From: Sphyrna mokarran
Lineage: Eukaryota
Reading direction: 5' to 3'
NCBI GenBank assembly: GCA_024679065.1
Contig: JAGIQG010000023.1
Span: forward strand, 38,812,001 to 38,876,000
DNA: 64,000 nt
Made by a program: the position numbers and the translations under genes. Of this stretch, positions 12,639 to 26,839 are shown piece after piece. The stretch's first letter is position 1. Every line of letters starts with the position of its first letter. The notes below the pieces were generated by a model. That model saw only the letters and a list, made by a program, of their open reading frames with translations. It was not told the DNA's origin and did not search any database.

Positions 12639-14380
12639 AGGTTGCCAGTGGATCACTAGATTTATCAATTTGTGGTAGGTGATGTAATAGAATTAAATAT
12701 AACTCGAATTGTATCAAAATGACACAATACTGTAATTAACCAATTCTGTCTTGACCTGACATGCCTGAATTAGAATAAATTGAACATAGAAATGTTTAGA
12801 GAAAATGTTTAGAGCTATTTGTGAGAGGATGTCACAATTAATCTAGAAGTAGAAGGGAGAAAGTCTACACTAGGTATAATTGACTAGGTACAATTGATTG
12901 ATACAGTACCAGAGCTGTGAATTTGCTTCAACAACGATAGGGCTATGAATTTCAGCAGCAGCAGATGGGGAAAGTAATGAGTAAAATGCAGCAGATGCTG
13001 GAAAACAAGTAAGATTAAAAATCTGGAGACACTAAAAATTACTCAGCAGACTTGGAGAACAGATCATTTAACTTGCAGGTGTAAACCCTTCTAAATTGGA
13101 ACGTGCAATGGACTGTAAAATGTTACTTGGGATTCAGCTAATGAATAGGGGGGAAAAGAATCAAATTTAATTAATAAAGGTTTATTTAGAAACTTATTAG
13201 TAGAAGAGAACAGATGTTAGTTAGTCTGAGGTGGACATTGGAGCATCTTTTATACTTTGGAAGTTCTGAGCATCAGTTGAACAGAAGTAGCAATGATCCA
13301 CACATTCAAGCAACAATTTGCACCTATCTCATAGTAGTTGTGGTCACAGCCAGGAGATACTACTCTGTAATTCAGCAGTAAGGATTGTTACAAACATTTC
13401 TCAACATTACAGTAGCTGTCTTCTGACAGCAGTCATTATTAGAAGTGGGCATATATTAATATACAGACTAAGCTTGGTTTGCTAAATGAATATTGATTGA
13501 TGTAGCTGCATGTTGAACTGTATCTTTGGACTTTTGCAGCATTAGTTTTTGTTTAAATTGACCTTTTAGATTTATTTTTACTTGCTGTATCAACTACTTT
13601 AACTGTAGATATTGTGGCTACTGAAGGATCTGAATTTTAATCTATGACTCTGGATGTTCTGCTTTTTGAAAAGGCAAGAAGTATCATTTTTGTCTGCGGG
13701 AGCATTAATTTCTCAATACTTGTACTTCAAAAGCTCAATGTCCTTCATCCTGAAATTCAGGATACTGTAAGGTATCCATAATCCCTTTAAAACTAGTTGA
13801 AGGTTGTCACACAACTTGCATGGCTTATTTTTGCTGAACTGACTTTGGTAACTACAAATAATGGCATGATTTAGTCTGAATTGTCAAATCATTAATCATT
13901 GTTTTGAAGCTTGGGTAATATTGTCAGGTGCCCTTTGAAAATAAATAAATTCAACTTTTCACATCCTCGGTTACAAAGGTACCCAATTAAATCCTCCAGT
14001 AAATTTGCTGTGTGCCAAGAACTTGATCTTAGCTGAGTAACTTGACTCTGTGCCCAGAATGGCTATGTTTAAAATATAGTTAACTGCTTCAATTTCCTCC
14101 CTGAAGTTGGTTTGCATGTCAGTGAACTTCATGGTTTTTGAATGGTAGCAGCGTCTTAGTCATGGTGAGGTTTATTTCTAGTGCACAATTCAGTTAAATT
14201 TGCATGTTTCATTTTGAGTGCATGAGAAAAGTGCCATTTAGAAAATGTACTTCTGATCAATATCCAAGTTCTCTAGTTCCAGCCTGCTTTGGTTTGCAAT
14301 GGTTATTACAGGAAATTATTCAATGTGATTTATAGTTTTTCTTGAATATTAGCTTATTGAAACCCTCTGTCCCTGTGCAG

Positions 14381-14579
14381 ATGAGCTTTGATCCGAATCT
14401 CTTGCATAACAACGGCCACTCTGGTTTTGCTAATGGTACCTCAGGAGCTCTGCGCGAAACAGGCATCATTGAGAAGCTGCTGACATCATATGGTTTCATC
14501 CAGTGCACTGAACGTCAAGCTAGACTCTTCTTCCATTGCTCTCAGTACAGTGGAAATCTCCAAGATCTCAAAGTGGGAG
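14381..14579 (+). CDS. CSDE1: CSDE1 exon with canonical ATG; start of CSD1
   Basis: ccctgtgcAG|ATG. Encodes MSFDPNLLHNNGHSGFANGTSGALRETGIIEKLLTSYGFIQCTERQARLFFHCSQYSGNLQDLKVG, with RNP1 (YGFI) and RNP2 (LFFH) cold-shock motifs. Donor G|gtaaga, 199 nt, ends in phase 1. Confidence 0.98.
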
Positions 14580-17500
14580 GTAAGAAATAGTTACTCTGGT
14601 TCTTTTATAGCAGTTATACTTTTAGGATAAAGTTGCTATATTGTAATGTAGTCCTGTTGTTTGAATGAAAATGAAATAATTTGTTCCAGAATGCTTTCAT
14701 TGCTGAGCAAAGAATTGGCTATTTCTAGAATGTAGAAGATGTAATTACCTAGTCTAAATAAAATAATTCAAACATGCAAAAACCATTAAAACATAACTAT
14801 AGCAAAGCTGATTTATTATCATTCAATAGAAATTGCCATGTGCTCAAGTTTTCCTCTTTAAATTGCTATCTTAATTTTTTTGTTTTGAAGACATGCAAAG
14901 TTAGTGCTCTTGTGCTGACATTGAACTAATGTTACTTTGAAAGTGTTCAAAGTATTTCGATTAATTGTTGCAAGGAAAGAGTCATTGGGTTGGCCTGAAA
15001 GTTGATTTTGAATGGCTGCATCTATGTTTAGTTTATGGTGGATGCCTCCATGTATTTGAGTCATGCAGGTCAAGACTGCCTTGGACAGAAAATTGCTTTA
15101 TCATTTCTTTCAGCAGGAAGACAAACCTGATTTCTCCATGAAGGTCAGAAATTAATTTTGTATTTATAAAGCCATGACCTTTAATACTTCACAACTCTTT
15201 TGTATCATCTTTTGAGTATATAGTATTAACCATTAAACAAGAATACTCATTGCTGAAGTTCACTTTGTATGCAATTGCAGCCACTATTTACAATGTCCTG
15301 ATGGTAGGAGGAGTTGATGGGTTTTAAGCAGTTGGGCTGTTTGCTTGGTACGTTTGAAATTCTAGCAGGAAGATAAATTAAGTTGCATTGCTCTCATGAT
15401 TTATGCTTTGTAGGTGCTCCAGAGGCTTTGAAAAGTTGGGGTGATGTGCTTACTGGAGAATAGCAGCCTTTGCTCCAGTAACTACAGCATTTTTGTTTGT
15501 CCATTGTTGCATCACTTAGGATTTGCAGACTGTTGGTGGTGAGGGACTTGACAGTGGCAATGGCTTTCAGTATCATGGGGAGGAAGTTAGATTCTCATTT
15601 GTTGAAGATGGTCATTGCCTGACACTTGTGTAGTGCATATATATGAATGCTGCTCTAAAGAGCTCCTGTACCAGTGTTCTGAATTGAGATGATTGGCCAC
15701 CAACAATCAGAATTGTTGTGCCAGGTATAATCCCAGCTACTGAATTCTTTCCCCCTCATTTCGGTTGACTTCAATTCTAGTGTTCCTTGTTGCTAACTTT
15801 GAAATCTGCTTCCAGATTAGGAACCCTCACACTTTTTTTGGCCAGGTACCATTTTCAGCTATATGCCCTTGCAGAAATCCAAACTGAGCGTTGATGAATA
15901 AATGCTGTTCTAACACTGCTCATTGCACCTTCCGTTGTTTTGCTGATTGGAAATAGACTGCAAATTTATTCTGTTTCTAGTTGCATTGATGGCACAAGGA
16001 CTTCTAGTGTGCACATATTTAAAAACAAAGCTGCTGCATGTTAGAGGGCTGGAGCTTTAAAATATTTGGCTGCTGCTTTGTTTATTTTCCCATGCTGTGA
16101 AAAGTTGGGCAAAATTAACATTCTAGGATAATGTTTATTTACAGAGAAAGTTGGTGTCTGTAGGTACGGTAAAGTGGTTTTATAACAAGCAATAGTCTTG
16201 ATAATTGCATAGTACTTTTTTCTACATTGGTTTTTTGTCCCTTGTCAGTATTTTCCTTTTTTTATGAACCAATTTTGTTGCCTTAAATGATTTGTAAACC
16301 TATATGCTCAGATTTGTCTGTGCTCCCTGACCAATTACTTTTATTTACTAACGAGTAGGTAGGTATTCCTCCCACTAAACTGCATCACCTCACACTTGTC
16401 TATTCTAAAAGTTCATTAAGTATTTACCCCAATTAATACTTGCTATTTTTCAAATCACTCAGTATAAAGAAAAGTGTACAAAATATTTATGTATGGATTC
16501 TGAAGGGTCTGTGTTGCTTGTTAATTTTTTTTAAGTTGTGGAAGTCACCAAATTAATTCAGCAGTTTTATGATCATAAAATATTTTAGCCATTTAACTTA
16601 AAATGGCTGATAGCCAATTTCTGAATGCATCAAGAGAACCCATTTCCTTAAGCATTTGGATTTTGACCCGATATTTCAATTTCCCATTGACGTTGACGGA
16701 TAGACTTGTTTGCAGAAGTTTGCTTATGCTCAAGTATTCTCTCCATTACGTGCCATCTAATTGCACTATGTAACAATACACCTCAACTCCTGTTTCAACA
16801 CATCTCCTGAAATTCTCCATCCTTGCTAACCATGTCCATGCATGTCCACTGTGCCAGCTTTCCATCCTTGATGCTTTAATATTCAAAACACTGCCTGCCC
16901 TATTGAGCACCCAGCCAATTTTCCTGTCCTTGTTGTCAAACTTCCAATTTAAAGTTCTTGTTTTTGTTTTTAAATCCTTACGTTTGTAACCTTGAACCCT
17001 ACAAACTTCCCTGTATCCTCCTCTTCCCCCTCCCAAAAAAAACTCCCTTTATCTAACTTCATCCTTCTGTTTTATCTGCCCCTTCCTTTTCATGCCATCA
17101 ACTCCCTAAGGCCTGTCTGTCTCTAAATCCCACCATCACCTCTTCCTTGAAGATGCCTTAAAACCCGCTTGTTAAACTATTTTTTTTGTGGACTGCTACA
17201 TGTCTTGTACATCCCGCATTTAACATTGAAAACGATATAACTGCCATGATTTTTTTTTAAAAAATAGCCATTTTTAGTGACACATTTGCCCATTTTTGTT
17301 CGGTTACTGCTGCAGCTTCATTAACCTGTACAATTAAACAGTAATTTTTGCCATGGCCAAAGCAAAGATCGACATTGTCCAGTTAGGTCAAATAACTTAT
17401 TTGTGCTATATTTTCATTTTAAAAAAAATGAACCCAGTGAAAATCCAGTTTGCTGCACACAGCCCTGATCGATGTCTTTTGTCTGCTACACCTCAAGACA

Positions 17501-18273
17501 CAAACTTTATGGAATGAACTTTAATCAGTGGGTGAACTGTGCAGCTGAGCAGTTCCGTTCTTAGCTACACCATAGTTTGTTTTCTGCCAGTGATGCAGAT
17601 GTTAAAATTCGCATTATAAATGCACAAAAGTTCACTTTGAAAGATGTTCAGTGTCTGTATTTAAAACATCTAAGCCTAGACATATGTTAATTCTAATTTC
17701 TGACCGTTGTGTAACTATAACCAATTCTGTCTAAGTGTGAAAAGGAAATTTTCTCAATTTGTAAGCTCAAAATCTCTAGTCCAGTTGCCATGCTTGGTTT
17801 GATGATTAGTGGGTACTTTTTGCACAGCAACAGATTCTGTTCAACTTAAGGACTTTTACCTCTTTTCGCTCAATTCAAGAAGAGTTTGACTTTTTTGAAT
17901 GATACAGAGCTCTTTACCACCTAAACTATTTTCAGTGCGTGAAGATGGAGAATAAATTGTTGTCATTGAAAAGTTGTCAGCATTCAATACTATGGTTTTA
18001 CAAATTATTGCTGTTCTTCTCTACTTGTGCCCCCATCCTCTTGTAGATGTGCTGACTTGTGCTAAAGCACTTGACTTGTGGAGAGAGGAGTTCATCTTTA
18101 AAAGATTCTGGTCAAATTGTAGTGACCCCCAGTCTTGCTCAGTGAGTTTTGATATGAAGTTATCTGAATTTGCATTGATGGGGAGTCCTTTTGGTGCATA
18201 TTTCTACACTGTGTAGACTTGCTCATTAGACCTACTAAAAGCTGGATAATAACCGATTTGAATTGACCTGCAG

Positions 18274-18383
18274 ATGATGTGGAATTTGAAGTGTCATCTG
18301 ACAGACGGACTGGAAAACCAATTGCTGTGAAGTTGCTAAAAGTGAAGCCTGAAATTTTGCCTGAAGAAAGGATTACTGGACAG
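18274..18383 (+). CDS. CSDE1: CSDE1 exon (end of CSD1)
   Basis: tgacctgcAG|; (D)DVEFEVSSDRRTGKPIAVKLLKVKPEILPEERITGQ; CAG|gtaagg; 110 nt, phases 1 to 0. Absent from the ORF track. Confidence 0.97.
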
Positions 18384-21300
18384 GTAAGGATCAGTTAAAT
18401 TGCTACACTGATCTGTTGTTTTCTACATAGATTTTTAAAATATACTTATGAGCCAACCATTTTATAATAACTTGGTAATTCTAAGTATTTTCTCCATAAA
18501 ATGTTTACAGTGGATTTTCTGTAAAACTACATCCTGAATTGTGTTATTGCAATACCTACAAAACAAATGTAACCACCTTTTTCAGTAGTTATTTTAAAAA
18601 AGGGTCATTTCATAGCAGTTTTTAAAATCAATTTGAGGGTTTTATGATGAGGAAAGCATGCAACAAGCCTGATCTTTTTCAAATCAAAATGTTAACATTG
18701 TCAAAGCTGGGGGGTAGGTGAAAGTTACTTGTTTTAAATTCTTTGTTCTCCACATACCATTGGTGTAGCCCCTTTAAACCAGCAAGTCTCGTGGACTGTT
18801 GTGGTTTGAATTCCTGCCCCTTTGAGAGAATACCTTGTCTGCATCTCTCATGCAGTCATACTGTCTGACTTTGGCTTGTTGATCCAATCTTGAGATTCTA
18901 ATGTTCTGCAATACTGGGATTTCAAATGTACATAGCCTAATGAAGTCCATAATATGCATTTTGAAACAAAGGAATGGCCTGTTTTTACTGCTGTTTCCAA
19001 GCTGTAAAATCCTCATGGCTGAGTAAGTTCTGTGTGCATATAGAAGATAATCTGGTATATTGAAATGACATCAGAATTGACCCAGATGCACTTAAATTCA
19101 GGTTCTTGCACATGAGATAGGTGTCACTAATATCAGTCTATGTTCCAATTCAACTAATATAAATAATCAATGGTGATGGTATTTAGCATTCCTTTTTCTT
19201 ATATTGCATGTCATTCCCTTTCTTGGCCAATCTGTTTAATATGTTCATTTAGCCTTTTTTGATGAAATTACACTTGTAGTTCAAGGTTTTCCCCATTTCT
19301 GTTTTGCCCTGGGCTAAACAGTGAATTTGAGTATCAATGTTTTTAAGGAGTGCCTATTTCAATATAAGCTGCAACTATGTGAAAGGCTAAAATAGATGTA
19401 AGATCAAGCTTGAGTTGATCAAAAAGTCAGAATTGACAATCTACTGAATCTTTACCTTTTCCATTAACTCCGATTTCCCCACTGTATTCAGTGTATCTTT
19501 GCTCTCTTCTGCAGCTTTTTAGCTGTTCCCTGTAAATGGTTCTACTCATCAGTCCTGTGTGCTGTCTGTTCATTTGTTTTCAATGCAAACAAATTTCTGT
19601 GAATATTCAAGTCATCTTACCTCTTCAATGGCAACTTGCTATAGTCAAGCCATTTACTCTTTGGTTCCAATCATTCCTCTTCATTCACATTCTTGTCTTG
19701 CATTGTTTGATTGCTAATAGAACTACTTTTGCATTCTTCAAGATGGATGCGTGAAACATTTTCCATACCAACTGTTACTTTGTCCCAAGTAGTCTCCTAA
19801 CGTGTGAATTTTGAATATTGCTGTCAAAGCTCTTCTAGCACCTTCCTGCTTGTGATATTTCTTTCACCACTGAATTAAGCGCTTAGTTAATGCTACTCTG
19901 AATCATTCTGTTTAGTTGCTCATTACCAGAGGCGCGCTCATCCTGCACCTGTTCCTGCATTTGACTCAAAACGCATTGTGCTATATTATTCTCTAATTCA
20001 TTCCTTCTTGAGTAAGCACAATGGAACTTCTTGACTTTTGTTTTCTCATGTCCTATAATCTTTTGGGAAAATTTCAGGTGCTGCCTAATTGCTACAACTT
20101 GTTCTTTTGAACCTTACACTAATAACCTTGGCCCTAAATCAGATTTTTGAATCTAAAAATAAATATTTGGGAATCTGAACTTACAGTCCTTTATTGTTTA
20201 GAGAGGAAACTGTTCTAATCATGAGAATAAATGGAAGACCCAACATCTGCACAGAACACAAGTGTGGTAGTCAAATGTTGGCATAAATCCTGTCAGGTTC
20301 AAAATCTGCACTGGTACATTTTCATTTCAGTAGTGGTGATCTTGTCAGGTAAGTGTACATAGAAATTCAAATGTCTTCTGGGAAACGGCTCTTGCTTTTA
20401 GGTGGCTAAGATTTCGCTGGTCAAGAGAACGCTCGATGCTTCAGGAGAAGCACGGTTATGCAGCTGACATCCCCAAAGCAATAATTGCTACTTCCATGAC
20501 ACAACCAGTATCAAGCCCAGTATTTCTGCTTCATACTCCTTCCTTAATTTGTAAGGAAAATGGGGGTAGGCCTGCAGAAGAGGAGTTGGAAGTTGATCAA
20601 CTTTATCAACAAATGCTGCTCACAGGACTCTTGGACCCTGCTAACTTGGGAATTCTGCCACAGCATTCAGGTACATGACTGTTGGTGTCATGCTAGTACT
20701 TTGGGAAGACTTGTTAGTCGTGTTATAGGATTTTGCAGATGAACTTCAAATGTTAGGAATTCTCAATTTTGCCTATACTTTTATGTTCTAGGCATATTGC
20801 TTTTATTCATGGCCCAATTGGGTTAGAACATTACAAATGCTGTTTTACTTATTGAGGATGCTGTGAAAATAAACGGTCTGTACACATGAAATAGGATCTA
20901 AACCAACCTAATATTTAGGCCTGCCAGTTCTACAGGCATGCGTAGATTAAAATAAGGACAAAATATGTATTTTTCTAATTGAATTGCCCTTCAGTTGCAC
21001 CAGTTTTTTTTACTTCATACACATTCTTACCTCTGATCTACTTTCCCATTTTACTGCTGTTCCCCTCCAATTCCCACTAAAATTTGCCCACTAAGAGAGG
21101 CTATTCTTTGTCACAGGGCAGTTCTGCTTAAGACTAAAGCACTGATTGCAAAAAAGACCTTCACCTGGACATAATAGTAGGTTGCCTCATTCAGTGATCG
21201 TCCTGACTGCGTCATTAATCCTATTGGTGGGAAGAAATGTGGGCAATCCTTTTGATCAGTGAATGTCAGAGCAGCAAAGCATGATGAAAATTCTCATTTT

Positions 21301-23902
21301 GAGATTGCCAGAATGCATGTGAGAGTTGTATTGTGATCTCAAATGCCCTTTCCCTCCCTAGGCTCTTGTCCTGTATCCCAACTTTAGTCAACTTTTGCTC
21401 CTATACTAATAAATGGAGAGGAGAAAGTAAGGAATCAGGTTTACTTATTTGTGAACAGCTGCTTAGAGCCCCCACACATGATGATAGGGCAGTTTTTCTG
21501 GTTCTGTCTTATTGTGTGCAAACTTGGACATGTCATGTGGTCAATAAATATAAAGTACTTACTTGAAGTTAAAATTGAAATTCCAGGTTCAAGGAAACTG
21601 TTTTATCAGACTTGAGTACTCGGGCAGTACTAGCAACCATATTGGTTGCCCCATAATGTTGACTTGAGACCATTGTAACTGAACTGCACTTAATCTTAGG
21701 ATCAACCTCAAATTATTTTCAGTGGTAGAAAAGCTGCAGAGATATTTGGCATTATTAATACAAATGCCTCCACAGATTGTCCCTAACACCCAACACAACC
21801 CCCACATGCAAAACTGGCAAGGGAAAGGAATGTGATTTTTGGTCTGCTTAACATGATTGGGTGCTAAATATTCAGCTTTGATGCAAAGTTATTTGTCTTG
21901 TGAATGGGATAACACTGCAGTAATTTAATTTTTGGTGAATCGGAAGGGATAATATGCCTTCAGGATGTTTTGCAATGGGATTAGTTGACTAGCAATTTAA
22001 GAAGACAGCTCACTACCTTTCCGAGGGGAATTGGGGAAGGTCAGTAAAAGCTGACCTAGCCAATGGTGTCCCACCCCATGAGTCTTTAAAAACTAGTGTT
22101 GACTTGCTAAACATGCAAGTATAAGATATATTTGCACAAAGGGCCCTTCAAAATTTGGTCCTGTGCCCTAAAAATTGAAGTTTCTCATTTTAATGAATGA
22201 TAAATCCCTGCATGTTCTATTTCATCAGCTTATCCAGCTGAGGAGATTGTGTTCTAATTCATCTTTAGGTTGCTGAAGTATAGAAAAGGAGAATCAAGTT
22301 AATTCTACTTATTCTTGGATCTTGCTTCTTGTAAGACACTAGCTTTTTCAAAAGGGAGGAATTTTTTTGTATTTTTCCATCGCTTTCTTTTTGGGTATAG
22401 AAAATGACAAATTGACTAACTCTTGCCCACAGTTATAGATGAATCTCCAAGTATGGCAGCCACCACTAAGTAAATAGGAAAGATTTGTCCTTTGTGATAG
22501 AAGGATTAACAGGCTTGTCGTATGTGCCAGTCCCTTAAGGCCTTATTGCCTACAGTGTTTACTGTATGGAACAGTAAACAGAGGGTATGGAACAATCCCA
22601 TTGTGATGCGTAAGAATTATAATTCAAATTCTGCACTCTGAGTAGGTAATCTACTTGACTAAAATGATGGAGGCAGAATAGAGTAGCATTAGATCTGTTT
22701 ATTCTTTAGATATGGAACAACTTCATTCTTGTGGCATGAGTATCAGCCAACTGGGTGAGTGAACCATGCGTATTGGTACATTTTTTTCCTCAGATATGAG
22801 AGCAGCTGGGCTTGTGCTAACACTTAAATTCCTATGAAGTACGGTGTTTAAATTCCAGGTGACTTCACAACATTCTATCTTTTTTTCCAAAAGAGAAAAT
22901 CTTTGTGGAATAGTGTTGGACCACAAGATTGTTATTTGACCACTAATGAGGATGTTAGTTTGAAAGATTAGGCTGTAAAAATAGAACAAATTTCTACCTG
23001 TTTATTGAGATACACATGATTTGTGAAAGAATTGAAAATGTTCTAATTTTTATAACTTAAGTTGTACCTTGTGTATTCCTTGTCTCTTGCTGCTTTCCCA
23101 TCTCATGCCACCCACCCCTTCCCCTGCTTCAGTAACAGGACTCTTGAATTTAGTTTTTCATTTTTTTGATGTTCCTAGTTTCAACAAGCTCAAAGGTGTG
23201 ACCTGCTCTGTAATGATTATCCCCTTGAAATTAACAGATTTTTGAGGGGATTAGAAGGGGCTCTCCTACATACGGGGGTGAGGAAGGGATATTGCATAAT
23301 TCACATTAAATTCCTTTAAAAGGGACAAATGACTATCCCATCGTATCACTTATTTTTCCCATGGTATGTGGAGGATAACTTGTTTTCATGATTGAAGGAA
23401 AGAAACTATACCTTATGGTGAGTAAGTTATCTTGCTTTAATAGAAGAGTATCTGCAAATTTCTTACTACTGATTTGGTGTCTATAGCTAAACCGTTTCTT
23501 AGCAACCACTGACCTGTAAAAGAGTACTTTTTGCCAATAAATCAGCTGGAAATCAGGGGTTGAAAAATTTGTAGTGGTTTGGAAACAGGCATGCCAATAT
23601 ATTCAGGTTGTCAGGCCATTGCACATATGATATTTACTGTTTCAGTACCGAATTACTGCTGCTAGATACTGTTGTGTGAATGGGATAGCCAGTGGCAGAA
23701 ATCTGGTACTATAACAGAAGGTTGTAGTTCTTCAACCAATTCATAAGACATTGGAGGGATTATTTTATTTTATTTTTTTTTTTTTTGCTGATCTAAACCC
23801 AAAAATAGAGACCTAGGGCCTTGATCAGTGGCATTTTCAACTCCTGGAAAGCCTTCATATACCCTCCTGACATTATTCTTTGTTATGTCATGGTATGTCC
23901 AG

Positions 23903-24001
23903 GTTGTCTGTGCTGCTCCCCTTAACCTTGAGAACAAATCTGGGCTGAAACCTTCATCTCCTGGTCAGACTTCAGGCAGTGTGTGCTATGAACGCAATGG
24001 G
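23903..24001 (+). CDS. CSDE1: CSDE1 symmetric cassette-type exon
   Basis: gtatgtccAG|; VVCAAPLNLENKSGLKPSSPGQTSGSVCYERNG; GGG|gtaaga; 99 nt, phase 0/0. Corresponds to the alternatively spliced mammalian UNR exon (VVCAVPHNLESK...SVCYERNG). Confidence 0.95.
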
Positions 24002-26839
24002 GTAAGATTGGATTTTGTCTTTCCAGGTAATAAATGATCTTCAGGTAGGTTGTCCATAAAGGCACTTGAGTTTAGGTGTGCATGCATTCATCAGCCAGAT
24101 TGTTTGTTTTAATTTAGATGGCTCCTGTTTTGTGGATAGCCTCCACACCCAATTGAAATTCCATGCCCCAGTAACCTTAGTCCTTTTACTTTTAAACTTG
24201 CTGTATGCTAATTTGGGGTTCTTTGTCAGTTGGATAGTGTTTGAAAATGTTCCCATGTGGAATAAGCTTTGAGTAGTCTAGCTTTTTCTAAACTTCGATT
24301 TTTTTTTAAAGATTTGAAGTTTCACAATATACATAATGAAGCAAAAATTAGTTTGTTTGACAAAAGCATGGAAATGTACAAATGTGTTTGAGCTATCAAC
24401 TAGATTCTACCGCTGCAGAAACAGTGGCTTTGTGCTACATTCCTTCAGTGTGTGTTGTGCATGCTCTTTAAAACACTTGGAAGATTGCCATCTTTTGAAG
24501 TTTTAATAAACATGCTTATTTCAGCCCCTGAGAAAAAAATAGATTTTTACAAAACTTTACCAGCAGTGATTCCAGCATCCTTGCCTGCAGATGGAGCCTT
24601 ATTACATCAAACTTCCAAGATGTCACACTTCCCTGAATTAAGGGAAAGGTATTTGTTTTTGAATATAAGCAGTACATCGAAAATCAAAATGAACATTCCT
24701 GGATACTGAAGATACACTTAGATGCCACCTGACCTTTAGACGACATGTAACCTAACAGCATGCAATGCCATTATCTCAGTGATGTGTATTCTGTTCTTTG
24801 TGCTGAAAAGCTTTCTTGCCTTTGGGCTATTGGGCAATTTTTTTCTGGCCTAAACTGTCCCTAAAGACATACACAAGGCAAGGCTGTAGCAAAACTTTTC
24901 CTTTAAGCTATATAAAAAGTTCAAAGAGTGAACCTTCTGTGGCCAAGGATAATTCCACTTTAAGTCCTGTCTATTTGTTTAGAAGTAAGACTGATGACGT
25001 TTACTGTTAACTCATTTGCAAGGGCTTCCAGTAGGAAACCAATTCAAAATGGTTTACTTGAAAAGATCGCCAGTTGTTTGGAGTAAATGATTGGCTTCTT
25101 GACTTCTTGGAGCATGTTAATTTGTCTTCTAATCCTATGGATTAAGTGACTCTTGTGAATAAAGGCAGCCTGGGTTATTGTAGAGTGTCTTAATATTTTT
25201 ATACATGACTCAAAGGTTGTGACGCTGTAAATCTCAGCTAGAGGTTGTTCAGTGACTTGCTTAAACAAAAATATCAGCACGTTTTACAATGTCTCAACTG
25301 ACGGCAATATGCAAGTTGCATAACCTGAAACTGAATTCTATACATGGTCATCACAGGATTTTCTTTTATGTTGTGGTTACTTCCCATGATAAATTGGTCT
25401 ATTTGCCAGAAGAAGGATTTTCATCCGATGTTAGTTTTGTTTAATTTATTCAGAATTTTGAGTGAATGGGTAGACTGGTTTAAAAAATAATGCTCCGCAC
25501 TTGATTACTCTTCTTGAATTTTGATACGTTGGCCATTGTGATTCCAAGTTAGACAATGTGCGTAAATGATACAACTAACTACAAGCTGGTGATGTTAATT
25601 GTTACTGAAACTTAATTCATTTGGGAGGAAAAACTTCTGAAACACTTGTGTTGATTCCATACTTATTATCTGAAATATGTAAGGAATGCATTTGCTGAAT
25701 GTAAGTTTGACATTAGACCCTATCTTTCCTGGTCAGTCACGTGAGCAACTAGTTGGACTTCAGCAATAGAATATTGGCTCTTCAGCAATTGGATTTCGTT
25801 ACCATTTTGCAAATGAGTAAAATTGACTACATTGAAACTCTTGTAATAGAGAGATGCTGTTTTTCCATGGATTCTGTGACATGTCCTCAAATAATTAATT
25901 AGCTAGCTTATCAGTTATCCTCCACATACCATGAAAAGTGTAGCAGTCTTGAGTGAATTTTTTTAATCCATTCATTTTCCAAATGTGAGTATGCCTTGCA
26001 TAGATCTGTGTTGCTGCTCCTGTAAATATATCACCAGTGTAGTGTTTGGCTTTGTTCATTTTGATTTTCATCTCCCATGTGACATTTTTTACAGATTTAA
26101 AATTTCTAACCACAAATTTCTTTTGATACTTTAGCACTTAATTTTAGGAGTGGTACACAAATGGAAACCTCTTTTCAAAAGGAATATTTCGTTAGTTTAT
26201 AAGGATTGTGATTGGAGCAGCATATATTTATGCATTCCTTAGACTGTTGTGTGAGAATGTTACCTGCCTTTTTACATGATTAGGGCATACAAATTTGGTT
26301 TAGCTGACATGCTCAATTTTTTTTAAAGTGAGGACTATATTGGGTGTGTGAACATGTGTGGTGATGGTGGGAGATAGGCAAAGTAAATTAGTTTTAAGTA
26401 CTTAACCTCTCTTAGAACAGGCACAGGTTGTACAGACTATATTCAGACCAGGGTACAGACCAGTTCCCTAACCCTGTAAATGTTCGAGATGGCATTAAGG
26501 ATTGTCAAAATATTCAAACAATGGAGTTTGTGCAGCAGATTATGTCTCATCATTTTATGGATGTAATGCTTTACCTCATCTCCACATTGGTATTGGAGTT
26601 GCTTGTTTGAATCATACTGTAACACTGAATTTGTATTGGGAGTTATGGGATCAGTACCTGGTGCATCAAAAAGAGGTGGCAGTCTGGTGAAGCTATAGCA
26701 TAGGACTGTGTTAAACAGTAGAATAGAATGCTGTTGATGGAGCAACACGCTGTCCCAAAACCCATTGATCAAAGCTCCATAGTCCTGCCACGTTTGGTCA
26801 GGTATGGCAGACAATTAAATAGCTAGTAGGAGGAAGCTT

